Origin: a virus
Lineage: Duplodnaviria > Caudoviricetes
Virus record (IMG/VR): IMGVR_UViG_3300034116_002079
Location: 1 to 58,222 of that record
Direction: 5' to 3' (one strand)
Length of the DNA stretch: 58,222 nt
Below the pieces are notes generated by a model, which saw only the letters and a list, made by a program, of their open reading frames with translations, searched no databases and was not told the origin of the DNA. Of the stretch, positions 29,261 to 39,979 are shown in pieces (the stretch's first letter is position 1; each line of letters starts with the position of its first letter). A program made the translations under genes and the position numbers.

Positions 29261-29383
29261 ATATCAAATTGTCAGAGTTTGTCAACTTTTTTTCTTGACA
29301 AGCTTTTAACTGGATCTAAAAGGCGGACTTGCCGTTTAGACTATAAGTAAATATACAACCACTGCTAATAAGGAGATCTGATT

Positions 29384-29740
29384 ATGGTGGAGATAGATAA
29401 CCACAGCCTCATTCAGACAGTTTCACTAGTTGCGTTAGCAGTTGTTGCTTTCTCAGTTGGAATTCAGAAACTGTTAAGAGACTGGAAAAGTACTAATGCT
29501 GAAACAAGCGTTATCACTTTAATGCACACAGAACTAGAGCGCATGAGCCAACAGAACGGCGTGCTGGCTACTGAGTTAAACCGCTTGCAGCAGGAAATGA
29601 TTTTACTCAATAGCCAACTAGCACAGTTGTGCGTAGAAAATCAGCAACTACAAACAGAAGTTGTTGCACTAACCGAAGAAGTTAACAAGTTCCGAGTGTC
29701 TGCAACTATAGCAGCAGCTAAAAAGGTTAAGGTGGGCTAA
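29384..29740 (+). CDS. Single-TM coiled-coil protein (possible holin-like)
   Basis: Hydrophobic residues 10-28 then heptad repeats; AAGGAG RBS. Confidence 0.55.
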   Translation: MVEIDNHSLIQTVSLVALAVVAFSVGIQKLLRDWKSTNAETSVITLMHTELERMSQQNGVLATELNRLQQEMILLNSQLAQLCVENQQLQTEVVALTEEVNKFRVSATIAAAKKVKVG

Positions 29741-30333
29741 TGCAACCAGCAAAAATTAACTATAAAATCTACCAAGGCAGCACTTTTCAAGAGACATTTC
29801 GTTGGGAATCAGAAACAAAAGTTTATGTACCAATTTCTGGAATTGCAAAATCAGCTCCTTGCGTAATCACTACTACCACACCACATAATCTACCAGTAGG
29901 CTGGAGATTTCGTGTAGTTGGGGCAGGCGGTATGAAAGAAATCAATAGTACTAGCGAAGAGTATCATTTATCAACGCTTACGCCTACAACTACTACCATA
30001 GAGATAAATCAAGTAAATAGTTTAGCATACAATACATATACAAGTGGCGGCGTGGTAGAATTTAATCAACCAGTCCCCTTAGCAGGGTATGCTGCACGTA
30101 TGCAAATTCGTGAAACAGTAGATAGTCCAACAGTTATTCACGAAGCAACCACACAAAACAGCCAAATTGTTTTAGACAATGTAAACAAAACAATACAAAT
30201 CACTTTATTAGCAAATGTTACACAAAACTTTACATTTGCAACAGCAGTATATAGCTTAGAGTTATACAATGGCAATAATGTTATTCCATTTATTAACGGT
30301 AACTTAACCTTAGTACAAGAGGTTACACGATGA
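29740..30333 (+). CDS. Fibre collar/adaptor-like virion protein
   Basis: IYQGSTF..L.GY.ARMQIR..AVYSLEL..G.L....EVTR pattern of fibre-attachment proteins. Confidence 0.6.
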   Translation: MQPAKINYKIYQGSTFQETFRWESETKVYVPISGIAKSAPCVITTTTPHNLPVGWRFRVVGAGGMKEINSTSEEYHLSTLTPTTTTIEINQVNSLAYNTYTSGGVVEFNQPVPLAGYAARMQIRETVDSPTVIHEATTQNSQIVLDNVNKTIQITLLANVTQNFTFATAVYSLELYNGNNVIPFINGNLTLVQEVTR

Positions 30334-30599
30334 CAACTGAAGTAATTGTAACCCAAAGCGGTGATACTTCCGTTGTCCAAGAACAAGTAGTTAATCGTGT
30401 AGTTATAGACGATAAACCTGCTAGAATTATTACTAGTGGCATGATGCCCCCTCCTGCAGTTAACTCACTTATGGCATCATCAGATGTAGATATCTCCGGA
30501 CTACAAGACGGCGGCGTGTTAGTTTATAGCACAGCAACAAATAAATGGACAGCTACTAATTTGTTGGATAAACAAATTTTTGAAGCTGGTCAGTTTTAA
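30330..30599 (+). CDS. Small virion protein
   Basis: SDVD..L.DG.VLVY...KW motif common in fibre proteins. Confidence 0.55.
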   Translation: MTTEVIVTQSGDTSVVQEQVVNRVVIDDKPARIITSGMMPPPAVNSLMASSDVDISGLQDGGVLVYSTATNKWTATNLLDKQIFEAGQF

Positions 30600-30611
30600 A
30601 AAGGATAAGCA

Positions 30612-31943
30612 ATGGCTTCTATTTTAAGAATTAAACGAAGTGAAACGTCAGGTAATCCAGGGGTACTTGGAGCAGGCGAATTAGCTTATTCTGGCTTAAC
30701 AGATAATGGCTCAAACGGTGGTGACAGGCTTTATATTGGTCTTGGAACCGAAACCGCTGGAAACGCTGTAAATCACATTATCATTGGTGGTAAGCGCTAT
30801 ACCGATATGGTTGACGCAGCTACCAATGCCAACACAGTGGGCACGTTAGTAAAACGCGATTCAAACGGTGACTTTACCGCACGTCGCGTTACAGCAGATT
30901 TAATTGGTAATTCCGACACTGCTACTAAATGGTTAAATCCCCGAAATTTATCGTTAACCGGCGATGCAACAGCTACTTTAGCTTCCATTGACGGATCTGC
31001 TAACGTATCCGCTGCACTTACCTTAGCAAACACAGGTGTGACCGCAGGCAGTTATGGTGATGCTACACAGATTCCTACTTTTACTGTTGATGCAAAAGGT
31101 CGATTAACAGCTGCAGGTACAGTAGCAGTTGCAACAAACTTAGCAATTGCTGGAAACACTGGTACTGACACAGTTAGCTTGTTAACAGATACCTTGACAA
31201 TTACTGGTGGTACTGGAGTTTCTACAGCAGTTACCAACAACACAGTTACAATTAGTTTACCACAAGCACTTGCACCTACATCAAATGTTACGTTCAACGA
31301 TGTAACAGTCAACGGAGTTTTATACTCTAACGACATTACGGCTACCAGCATTAACATTGACGGCAATGCCTCTATTACTGGTAACTTAACAGTGTTAGGT
31401 ACAGTTACAACAGTTAATTCAACAACAGTTGCAATCGGTGACAAAAACATTGAATTAGCCAAAGACGCTACTAGTGCAGCAATGGCTGACGGTGGTGGTC
31501 TGACAATCATGGGGCCAACAGTTCCTGCTACCATCCTGTACAACAGCGGCGATGATCGCTGGGTAATGAACAAAGACTTAACAGTCACAAATGTTTATGC
31601 TGAGTTAGTTGGTAATGCTGCAACTGCCACAAAGTGGAAAACAGCTCGTAACTTGAGTTTAACAGGCGACGCAACAGCTACCTTAACAGCAGTGGATGGA
31701 AGTGCAGCAGTTTCAGCAGCTCTTACTTTAGCCACAGTTAACACAAACGTTGGAACTTACGGCGATTCCGTAACAGTGCCCACCTTAACAGTTAATGCCA
31801 AGGGCTTGGTAACTGCAGTTTCACAAACAGTTATTCCAACAGCTACAACGCTAATCAAAGGTTTATCTAAATTCTTAAACACACAGTTTACAGTAACTGA
31901 TGGTTTGGTAGAGTTAGTACAAGTTGATGGCGGAAGTTATTAA
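30612..31943 (+). CDS. Tail fibre protein with an internal duplication
   Basis: IKRS..P..L..GELAY N-terminus; two copies of W..RNLSLTGDATA..G.YGD..PT.TV.AKG. Confidence 0.75.
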   Translation: MASILRIKRSETSGNPGVLGAGELAYSGLTDNGSNGGDRLYIGLGTETAGNAVNHIIIGGKRYTDMVDAATNANTVGTLVKRDSNGDFTARRVTADLIGNSDTATKWLNPRNLSLTGDATATLASIDGSANVSAALTLANTGVTAGSYGDATQIPTFTVDAKGRLTAAGTVAVATNLAIAGNTGTDTVSLLTDTLTITGGTGVSTAVTNNTVTISLPQALAPTSNVTFNDVTVNGVLYSNDITATSINIDGNASITGNLTVLGTVTTVNSTTVAIGDKNIELAKDATSAAMADGGGLTIMGPTVPATILYNSGDDRWVMNKDLTVTNVYAELVGNAATATKWKTARNLSLTGDATATLTAVDGSAAVSAALTLATVNTNVGTYGDSVTVPTLTVNAKGLVTAVSQTVIPTATTLIKGLSKFLNTQFTVTDGLVELVQVDGGSY

Positions 31944-31960
31944 TACTACAAGGGAACTAT

Positions 31961-32188
31961 ATGTCGACAGTAATTAAATTAAAGCGCAGTTCAGTTCCCG
32001 GCGCAGTACCGGAAGTAGAGGATCTGGAACCAGGCGAAGTTGCTATAAACGATACAGATGGTGTTATGTACTTTAAAAAGTCCAATAACACCATTTCTAG
32101 TTTTAGCACTGGCGGTGGCGGTGGAAGTGCCTTAATAGAAACAATAGCAACTGAAAAAGCTATTATTATGGCTATTGCATTGGGGTAA
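31961..32188 (+). CDS. Small fibre-associated protein
   Basis: IKLKRSSVPG.VP..L..GE.AIN..DG..Y.K motif and AIIMAIALG end. Confidence 0.6.
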   Translation: MSTVIKLKRSSVPGAVPEVEDLEPGEVAINDTDGVMYFKKSNNTISSFSTGGGGGSALIETIATEKAIIMAIALG

Positions 32189-32191
32189 AAT

Positions 32192-32512
32192 ATGGCAACA
32201 ATATTCGTAAATGCGATTTCGCGTGCTGTAGGTACTTCAGAAGTAATTAGCTTTACAGCACCAGAAAAATGTATTGTAATCGGTGGTAGTATATCAAACC
32301 TAAAGAGTACTACTATTCCTTTTACATTAAAAATTCGTAGGGGATCGGAAGATACCTACATTCACAAAGACAAAAGAATAGATGCAGGCGATCCATACGA
32401 ATTATCAAAAGGTAATAAGTTAGTTCTTGCCACAGGGGATAAATTAGTTATCTCCGCCAAAGTAGATTCTAGCATTGATGCAGTCTTCTCAATATTACAA
32501 GGAGTCTCATAA
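32192..32512 (+). CDS. Hypothetical virion protein
   Basis: Beta-rich, GNKLVL..GD.L motif, tightly packed in the operon. Confidence 0.55.
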   Translation: MATIFVNAISRAVGTSEVISFTAPEKCIVIGGSISNLKSTTIPFTLKIRRGSEDTYIHKDKRIDAGDPYELSKGNKLVLATGDKLVISAKVDSSIDAVFSILQGVS

Positions 32513-32742
32513 TGGGTGGGTTTTATGAAGGCTCAGATTTAGCCGATAAAGTGTTATACGGGTTCCGTCTAGACCCTGACACAGGCAATCTAAACATAGA
32601 AATTTTAGACGGGGACACTCCAGTCTCGTTGCCTCAAGAAGGCGTGATTGATAAGTATGATTACAAACAATGGGTTTGGTCAAAAGATACTATTCAATTT
32701 GAGTGGGGTAACAAAGGACACTTACTTATGAGGCTAATATAA
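32512..32742 (+). CDS. Hypothetical protein
   Basis: TAATG coupling, AGGAG RBS. Confidence 0.6.
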   Translation: MGGFYEGSDLADKVLYGFRLDPDTGNLNIEILDGDTPVSLPQEGVIDKYDYKQWVWSKDTIQFEWGNKGHLLMRLI

Positions 32743-32743
32743 T

Positions 32744-35700
32744 ATGAGTCAACTTATTGATCTAGGAAAATTACGCTTCCACTTCGCTGGTCAGTGGAGC
32801 AATGCCACTACATACGAATCAAATGATATCGTTAAGTACGGTGGTAACGTATATGTGTATACATACGCATTAAAAACATCAGGAATCTTACCTACTGATA
32901 CCGCTTATTGGGCGTTGATGGTAGAAGGTTTCAACTTCTTGGGTTCTTTTAGCACAACCGGCAACTATAAAGTTGGTGACGGTGTTGCACACGGTGGCGT
33001 TGTGTATGTTGCTATTAAAGACTCTATCAACATCACTCCTCCTAACGCAGTTTACTGGTCACGTTTCTTGGATGGTATTCAGTACGAAGGTACTTACTCT
33101 CCTACAACTTCTTATCAGAAGAATGACGTTGTTAAATACGGTGGTTCTATCTATGTTGCAAAACAAGACGGCACAAACAACTTACCAACAGTTACTGCAT
33201 ACTGGGACAGATTTGTAGAAGGTGTTAGCCCTCGCAGTGTTTACAACGAAGCTACAGCTTATGTACCTAATGACTTAGTTGCTTATGGCGCTAACATTTA
33301 TCGTGCTAAAGTAGAGACTACTGGCAATGCTCCAAGCAACACAGGTTTCTGGGAATTGTACGTTGGCGGTATTAAGTTTACTGGCAACTATAGTGCTGTA
33401 ACAGAATATTATGTAAACGATATCGTTGTTTATGGTAACAACATCTATCGTTCAAAGTTAACACAATCTAATACACTGCCTACAGTTGCAGCTAACTGGG
33501 AATTGTTAACTGCTGGTAACAGCTACAAAGGCACTTACGTAAATGCTACTGGATATTTCCAGGGCGATATTGTTAGCTACGGCGGCAATGTTTATATTGC
33601 GTTAGGTGTAACAACAGGTAACTTACCTACTGATGCTACCAAGTGGCAAGTATATAGCTCAGGTTTCTCTTATCAAGGCGTATGGTCTAGCGGTACCGAA
33701 TACAAAATCAACGAAATCGTTGGTTACGGTGGTTCTTTATATCGTTCTAAAGCCGACAACCAAAACGTTAACCCAACAGTTACAGCTACTTGGGACAAGG
33801 TTGTTGCAGGATTTAAGCTGCGCGGTACATGGGCAACTGCTACACAGTACGCAACTGATGAAGTTATCACTTATGGTGGTAACACTTACATCTCTATTTT
33901 ACCACACGCTTCCACAGATTTTAATACCGACTTAGCTGCTAACAAATGGCAGAAGTTTAATTCAGGTATTCGTTGGATGGGCGTCTGGACTAGTACTACC
34001 CAGTATTACAAAGATGACGTTGTTAAGGCTGGTGCCTCTTCGTTTATCGCTAACGTTGACACTATTGGCGGTAGTAATCCAGCTGGCGGTTCAAACGCAA
34101 ATTGGAGTAGCTTTGCTACTGGTGCTGAAGGATTCTTGTCTAAAGACGGCGATGCAATGTTGGGTATGCTTACCCTGTTTGCAGCTCCTACAGACCCATT
34201 GCATGCAGCTACAAAAGCTTACGTAGATCAGTTTATTAATGCAGCAGCAGGCGGAACAATTAGTGGCCCTCTGGTTGCTAGCGGCGTAAATGCAAGCTAT
34301 ACTGCTCAAAACGGTGCTACTGTTAATATCAGTGGTGGTAGCTTAAATCTTACAAACGGTTCTACTCTTACAACTGACGGCACTTCTACGCTTGGCAATA
34401 CCCGTGTTGCAGGTAACTTAGATGTTGACGCTGATTTAAATATTGATGGCGGTGACTTAACAGTTACTGGAACTACATTTAACTTAGCAAATACAACAGC
34501 GACAACAGTTAATTTGGCTGGTGCTGCTACTGCAGTTAATATTGGTGCTGCAACTGGTACAACCACTGTTAAAAACAATGTTGTTATTGACGGGGACTTG
34601 CAGGTTAAAGGTGGTGACATTACCACTAACCAAACAACTTTCAATGTTGTTAACGCAACGGCTACAACAGTAAATATTGCTGGTGCAGCTACTGATGTTC
34701 AAATCGGTGCCGCAACTGGTACAACTAATATCAATAACAACGCTGTTATTGACGGTGTTTTAGATGTTATCAGCGGTACTACAATTACAAACACAACCGA
34801 TGATCCTACTGGTTTTGACAATCAGCATCCTGACACTCGTGGTGTGGTTGAGTACAGTGACAATGGTACGCGAGTTTACTCAATCGACAAAAACGGTACT
34901 ATTACTGTTCGCGAAGATTCAAAGTTTGCTACTGGCACAGCTTATCAAACAACAGCAGTTGCAAAAACCTTAGCAATCTTTCCTGCGCCAGGACAAACAA
35001 AATTTGTTTACTACGTTAGCGGTGTACGTTACGAAAAAACAACTTTAGTATCTAGTACGTCAGCAAGTATTAACGGCTATAACTACTTTTACTTTGACGG
35101 TGGCTCGCTAACAAATAGCACTACTCGCACAGATACTATTTTAACTACAATGGCTAATGTGGCTGCTGTTCGTGGAACTAGTCGCAATAATCGTAGTATC
35201 TCTGTTGAAGATCAGCGTCACGGTATTTCTATTGACGGAGCTTCATTAGTTTATATTAAACGTGCAGAGGGTATTAAGCTTGTAAGCGGTCATGGAGTTA
35301 CTCCTGGTACAGTTGGCCAAGGTACTTACACAAATACCAAAGCAGGCGAGTTACGCGATGCAGACTTAACACTTACATCACCTGTTAAGACAAGCAATAA
35401 GTTCTTAGTTCGTGATGGGGCTGACTGGAAACTTGCTGACTTAAACGACAACTTACTTTCATATAAGTTAGGTGTATTGGGCGGAGTTACAGTTACTTCA
35501 CAAGGTAGTGGCTATTCAGGCCTGTCTACAACACTAAGCGTGCAAGGTGACGGCGAAGGTGCTACAGTTACTCCCGTTTTGGCAGGTGCTGCTCTACAAT
35601 CAATTACACTTAATAATGGTGGTTATAACTACGCTAACAACGCAACAGTTACGCTTTTAGGTGATGGTACTGGCGGTACTGCAACAATTGTTGTCCCCCC

Positions 35701-38700
35701 AGGCAGAAACATTGCTTCAGCTGCAGTTACAAACGTTGGAAGTCGTTATACAACAGCACCAACCGCAACAGTAGTTGGTGGTGGTGGTACAGGCGCTACA
35801 TTATCGGTCGCACTTAACTTAGGTACTCCAATTGCAGCAGTGCATATGGATACTCTTGGTAGTGGATACACTTCAGCTGTTGCAACAATTGACGGTGATG
35901 GTACAGGTGCAACAGCAACTGTAACAATTGTTGCTGGTGCAGTAACGGACATTAACTTAACTAACGCTGGTAGCGGATATACTTACGCAACGGTAACGAT
36001 TAGTGGTAATGGTACAGGTGCTACAGCAACCGTACACACGCTGAAAAACTTTATTCAATCGTATGAAATTACCAACGTAGGTAGTGGATATACAAGTAAT
36101 CCTACAGTAACAATTAACGGCGATGGTCATGAAGCCACTGCAACAGCTACAATTACTGCTGGCGGTGTTACGGATATTGTGATTACTAATGGCGGTCACG
36201 GGTATACTTTTGCTACTATGACAATTAGTGGCGGTGGTGGTACAGGTGCTACTGTTAATCCTATTCTGAGTGGATATCCAATTCAGTCCGTTACTCTGAC
36301 AAACCCAGGTAAAAACTATACTAGCGACCCAACAGTTACTGTTACTGGAAATCAGTACAGCACAGGCGGAGCTATTTCAGTAACTCGTGCTCAAGGTAAC
36401 ACTATTGATAGTATTACACTGACAAATCCTGGTACTAACTACACGTATGCAACAGTACAAGTTAATAGTACTACGGCTGGTACAGGTGCTAATTTTACAG
36501 TAGCAGCTACTCCAAGCGGTATCTTAGGTGTTACAGTTACTAATGGTGGACGTCACTACAGTTATGCAAACATTATTGCAACTGACACAGGTGGAGCAAC
36601 AGGTTTTGCTGCAACAACAACACTAACTCCTGTTCCTCAATATAACGGCTATGTTAACCAAAGCACAGGATACGATTTAAATAATATTCCTGCAGGAAAG
36701 TTCACAAATACTTATTTTGCAGCAGTATCTAGTGTTGATCGTGTTATAAAGATACCTAGTGCATATTTATTTAATACTGTACGCGAAGCCTTTCAGTATG
36801 CTAAAAAAGAACTAGAAGAAATTAAAACTTATGGTATGCCTTTTGAGAACTACAAGTTCTTAGGTGTGTCGGTTATTAATAACTCTGGCGATTTACAAAC
36901 TATTCCAGGCACTAATTTAGGTGATGTTTTATATTATGATCTGTTAAATAACGATTATAATGCCGCACCACTTAATGCTGGAGATGCTAAAGTAGGTAGA
37001 AGTTTAACTATTACGGCTAGCGGAAACGCGGGTGCATGGGTTGGAGCTACAGAGTCTTCTAAAGTTTACTATGTTGCGCCTCACGGTGTAGACCAGGTAA
37101 CTAGCGGTAGCAATATGGCTACTCCTTTTGCAAGTATCAAATATGCTTGCCAACAGGCAGAAGAAGGTGCTACAATTTTTGTTAAGACCGGAACATATAG
37201 CGAACAGCTACCTATCACAGTTCCATCAAACGTAGCTATTGTTGGAGATAATCAGCGTACTGTTAACGTTCAACCAAAAACTGGTAACAGTGACGACGGC
37301 GTAACCCCTAATAACCAATCAACAATGTTCTTGATGAGCAACGGCTCAATCTTAAACAAGATGACTTTTAGAGGTATGACTGGTTGGGTTCCAGGAAGCA
37401 CTCCTGGTGACATTACAACTTCTACAATTAAAGGTGTTGTGGTTCGGTTAAATCCCGCATCTCCTATTCTTCACAAGTCTCCTTATGTTTTGGAATGTTC
37501 ATTTATTGGTCAGGGTGCTATTGGCGCTTTAATCGATGGTACAGTTCATGCAACTGGTGCTAAAACCATGATTTTCCATGGCTATACTATTATTAACGAT
37601 AATGGTGTTGGTTATTGGGTTAAAGATGAAGGCAAGGCAGAAATTGTAAGTTGCTTTACTTATTATAATTACTTTGGTTATATAGCAACTGGTGGCGGAT
37701 TTATTCGTGCGCTAAACGGTAACAACAGCTATGGAACTTGGGGTGCAGTATCTCAAGGTTTTGGAACCTCAGAGACTCCAATCACAGGCGCTATCGTTGG
37801 ACAACAACTTAATTTCGTTTATCAAGGCGGGTCTATTAACGTTGGCGATACCTTTACAACTAGTGCTGGAGCAACTGGCGTTGTAACAAACGTACAGTAC
37901 AGTGCAAATAAACTGTACGTAAAAAATACAACAGGTACCTTTGCTTTAGGTAATACTATAACTTTCCAAAGCGGTGGCACAGGTACCATCAGCGCAGGAG
38001 CTTTAGAAAATACAAAAGGTTTTGTATTAGTACTTAACGGATTAACAGCTTTGCCAAAACCAGGCCAAAGTATACAGCTACAAGGCGACTCTTTAGCCTA
38101 CGTTGTACAAAGCGTAAGTGGTACCTATGTAAACACAAGTAGTGAAGTCGTAGTTGTGTTAGCACAAGAAAAACCAACAGGCAGTGCTAATGGTACTATT
38201 GTTAGTTTGCGCAGCAAGTACTCGCAGATTCGTTTAACTGGTCATGACTTCTTGGCTATTGGTACAGGTGGTGTAACAACTACTAATTATCCTGGAGAGC
38301 CTACACAACCCGCTTCACAGGCTAATGAAACAAATGAAGTTTACCCAGGTCGTGTATACTATGTATCAACTGACCAAGATGGTAACTTCCGTGTTGGTGA
38401 ATACTTCCGTATTGACCAAGCAACTGGACGTGCTACTCTGAACGCTAACGCGTTCGATCTGGCAGGTTTGACTAGTTTGAAACTGGGTTCTATCGGTGCT
38501 CAACTTGGCGAAACTATTAACGAGTTTTCAAGTGATGCATCTATGAGTGGTAACTCAAATACTGCTGTTCCAACAGAGTATGCAGTTAGAACTTATGTTA
38601 ACGCACAACAATACACAAAAACTTTCGCAGATAGTGGAACTACTATAAACGCTAACGGCTTAGTTACTGCAGGTACAATCGGCGGCATTGCTTACACCAA

Positions 38701-38830
38701 TGTAACATACGCTCTTGTAAATGGAGTAAATCGAGTAGTTAGCTATACCGAGACAATCGGCGGCGTAAGTAAGGCAATAACACTAACATATAATAGTAAC
38801 GGTTCTGTTGCTACTATATCTTCTGTATAA
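32744..38830 (+). CDS. Giant multidomain fibre/adhesin (2028 aa)
   Basis: About ten W/Y...T.Y..D.V.YGG..Y (CBM5/12-like) repeats, AATKAYVD motif, TN.GSGYT..PTVT repeats, YYVAPHG.D..PFASI beta-helix entry. Confidence 0.75.
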   Translation: MSQLIDLGKLRFHFAGQWSNATTYESNDIVKYGGNVYVYTYALKTSGILPTDTAYWALMVEGFNFLGSFSTTGNYKVGDGVAHGGVVYVAIKDSINITPPNAVYWSRFLDGIQYEGTYSPTTSYQKNDVVKYGGSIYVAKQDGTNNLPTVTAYWDRFVEGVSPRSVYNEATAYVPNDLVAYGANIYRAKVETTGNAPSNTGFWELYVGGIKFTGNYSAVTEYYVNDIVVYGNNIYRSKLTQSNTLPTVAANWELLTAGNSYKGTYVNATGYFQGDIVSYGGNVYIALGVTTGNLPTDATKWQVYSSGFSYQGVWSSGTEYKINEIVGYGGSLYRSKADNQNVNPTVTATWDKVVAGFKLRGTWATATQYATDEVITYGGNTYISILPHASTDFNTDLAANKWQKFNSGIRWMGVWTSTTQYYKDDVVKAGASSFIANVDTIGGSNPAGGSNANWSSFATGAEGFLSKDGDAMLGMLTLFAAPTDPLHAATKAYVDQFINAAAGGTISGPLVASGVNASYTAQNGATVNISGGSLNLTNGSTLTTDGTSTLGNTRVAGNLDVDADLNIDGGDLTVTGTTFNLANTTATTVNLAGAATAVNIGAATGTTTVKNNVVIDGDLQVKGGDITTNQTTFNVVNATATTVNIAGAATDVQIGAATGTTNINNNAVIDGVLDVISGTTITNTTDDPTGFDNQHPDTRGVVEYSDNGTRVYSIDKNGTITVREDSKFATGTAYQTTAVAKTLAIFPAPGQTKFVYYVSGVRYEKTTLVSSTSASINGYNYFYFDGGSLTNSTTRTDTILTTMANVAAVRGTSRNNRSISVEDQRHGISIDGASLVYIKRAEGIKLVSGHGVTPGTVGQGTYTNTKAGELRDADLTLTSPVKTSNKFLVRDGADWKLADLNDNLLSYKLGVLGGVTVTSQGSGYSGLSTTLSVQGDGEGATVTPVLAGAALQSITLNNGGYNYANNATVTLLGDGTGGTATIVVPPGRNIASAAVTNVGSRYTTAPTATVVGGGGTGATLSVALNLGTPIAAVHMDTLGSGYTSAVATIDGDGTGATATVTIVAGAVTDINLTNAGSGYTYATVTISGNGTGATATVHTLKNFIQSYEITNVGSGYTSNPTVTINGDGHEATATATITAGGVTDIVITNGGHGYTFATMTISGGGGTGATVNPILSGYPIQSVTLTNPGKNYTSDPTVTVTGNQYSTGGAISVTRAQGNTIDSITLTNPGTNYTYATVQVNSTTAGTGANFTVAATPSGILGVTVTNGGRHYSYANIIATDTGGATGFAATTTLTPVPQYNGYVNQSTGYDLNNIPAGKFTNTYFAAVSSVDRVIKIPSAYLFNTVREAFQYAKKELEEIKTYGMPFENYKFLGVSVINNSGDLQTIPGTNLGDVLYYDLLNNDYNAAPLNAGDAKVGRSLTITASGNAGAWVGATESSKVYYVAPHGVDQVTSGSNMATPFASIKYACQQAEEGATIFVKTGTYSEQLPITVPSNVAIVGDNQRTVNVQPKTGNSDDGVTPNNQSTMFLMSNGSILNKMTFRGMTGWVPGSTPGDITTSTIKGVVVRLNPASPILHKSPYVLECSFIGQGAIGALIDGTVHATGAKTMIFHGYTIINDNGVGYWVKDEGKAEIVSCFTYYNYFGYIATGGGFIRALNGNNSYGTWGAVSQGFGTSETPITGAIVGQQLNFVYQGGSINVGDTFTTSAGATGVVTNVQYSANKLYVKNTTGTFALGNTITFQSGGTGTISAGALENTKGFVLVLNGLTALPKPGQSIQLQGDSLAYVVQSVSGTYVNTSSEVVVVLAQEKPTGSANGTIVSLRSKYSQIRLTGHDFLAIGTGGVTTTNYPGEPTQPASQANETNEVYPGRVYYVSTDQDGNFRVGEYFRIDQATGRATLNANAFDLAGLTSLKLGSIGAQLGETINEFSSDASMSGNSNTAVPTEYAVRTYVNAQQYTKTFADSGTTINANGLVTAGTIGGIAYTNVTYALVNGVNRVVSYTETIGGVSKAITLTYNSNGSVATISSV

Positions 38831-38848
38831 CAATAGGAGTTACTAATT

Positions 38849-39964
38849 GTGGCAGATATATTAACATATAATTCTCTAATGGCCAAGAATAAGGCCCTTG
38901 CAGATGAAATCGCAACACTGAACGCTCAAGCTAGTGCAGGAGGTGGTGGTGGTAGTAGAACTTGGGATCCAAAAAACTGGGGTAACTTAACGTTACTCCC
39001 GTTTTGTCAGTTAAAAGGTTCTAGAGTTATTCAAAATGAAAGTAATGCAGGTTGCGGAGCAACCTGCACTTGGACAGTACCAGCAGGCGCTACAAAAGTA
39101 CAGTTCCAAATTTGGGGTGCAGGTGCTAATGGCGGTGCTGGCGAATGTTGTGGTATGGGTATTCCTGGCGGAAATGCCGCATATGCAACAGTAACACTTG
39201 ATGCAGTTGCAGGATGTCAATACACACTGTGTGCTGGTTGTTCGCTTTGCTGTTGTCTACATTATGGAGCAATAAGTGGGTTTTATACTCCTAAATGCAT
39301 GACTCCTGATAACCAGCTAAAAGCCTGCCCTAGTTTTGTAACAGGATTTGGTTTAACCAATTTCTGTGCAGAAGGCGGAATGCACGTAGATGCTTGTCGC
39401 TACAAAGAGACCTTGCTGATTGATCGTCACGGTTCTCAGTGGCAGAGTATTATAACTGCAAAAGCGGTTAGTACTGGTAATCCAATGTGCAATTGGTTTA
39501 TTGGCGAAAATTTAGGTACTGGTAACCATGGTGGTTGGTGTTTGTACGAAGGTGCTCCTTGGATGTGTATGTCAAACGCTGGCAGAGTGCTGGCCGGTTG
39601 TCATCCAATTGTTGAAGAGTGCTGTGTTAAGTTTTACGGAACTACTCAAGGAATTCTAGGAAGCTATGCTGGTTGGCAGTGGTATGATACTAATAATAAC
39701 AGCCAAAATTGTCAGATGCAGGGTAGATGGTGCCGCGGACCTGTTCACTCGTTGTGTCGACTCTCCGCTGTGTGGCCCGGCCCAAGCTGGTTTAACCATG
39801 GCGGCAATATATACTCTTCAAGAGGCCAAACCATAGCTGGGTGCACGACTCTGTGTAGCTATGATACTCCTGGATTAGGCGGTTTGCAAGGATTTGCTGC
39901 TGAAGGAAATTGCGGCGGCGGCTATCGTGGTACTGGCGGCGCTGTACGAGTTAGCTGGTGTTAA
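38849..39964 (+). CDS. Cys/Gly-rich protein 1 (putative fibre-tip adhesin)
   Basis: WTVPAG..QFQIWGAG..GG and GGAVRVSW motifs; about 28 Cys by manual count; GGAG RBS with GTG start. Confidence 0.65.
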   Translation: MADILTYNSLMAKNKALADEIATLNAQASAGGGGGSRTWDPKNWGNLTLLPFCQLKGSRVIQNESNAGCGATCTWTVPAGATKVQFQIWGAGANGGAGECCGMGIPGGNAAYATVTLDAVAGCQYTLCAGCSLCCCLHYGAISGFYTPKCMTPDNQLKACPSFVTGFGLTNFCAEGGMHVDACRYKETLLIDRHGSQWQSIITAKAVSTGNPMCNWFIGENLGTGNHGGWCLYEGAPWMCMSNAGRVLAGCHPIVEECCVKFYGTTQGILGSYAGWQWYDTNNNSQNCQMQGRWCRGPVHSLCRLSAVWPGPSWFNHGGNIYSSRGQTIAGCTTLCSYDTPGLGGLQGFAAEGNCGGGYRGTGGAVRVSWC

Positions 39965-39979
39965 TAAAGGATATTAAAC

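Noticed and set aside
30920-31830. Internal duplication in the 443 aa fibre as a DGR template/variable repeat pair
   Set aside because: Both copies are coding, differences are not adenine-specific, and no reverse transcriptase is in the window
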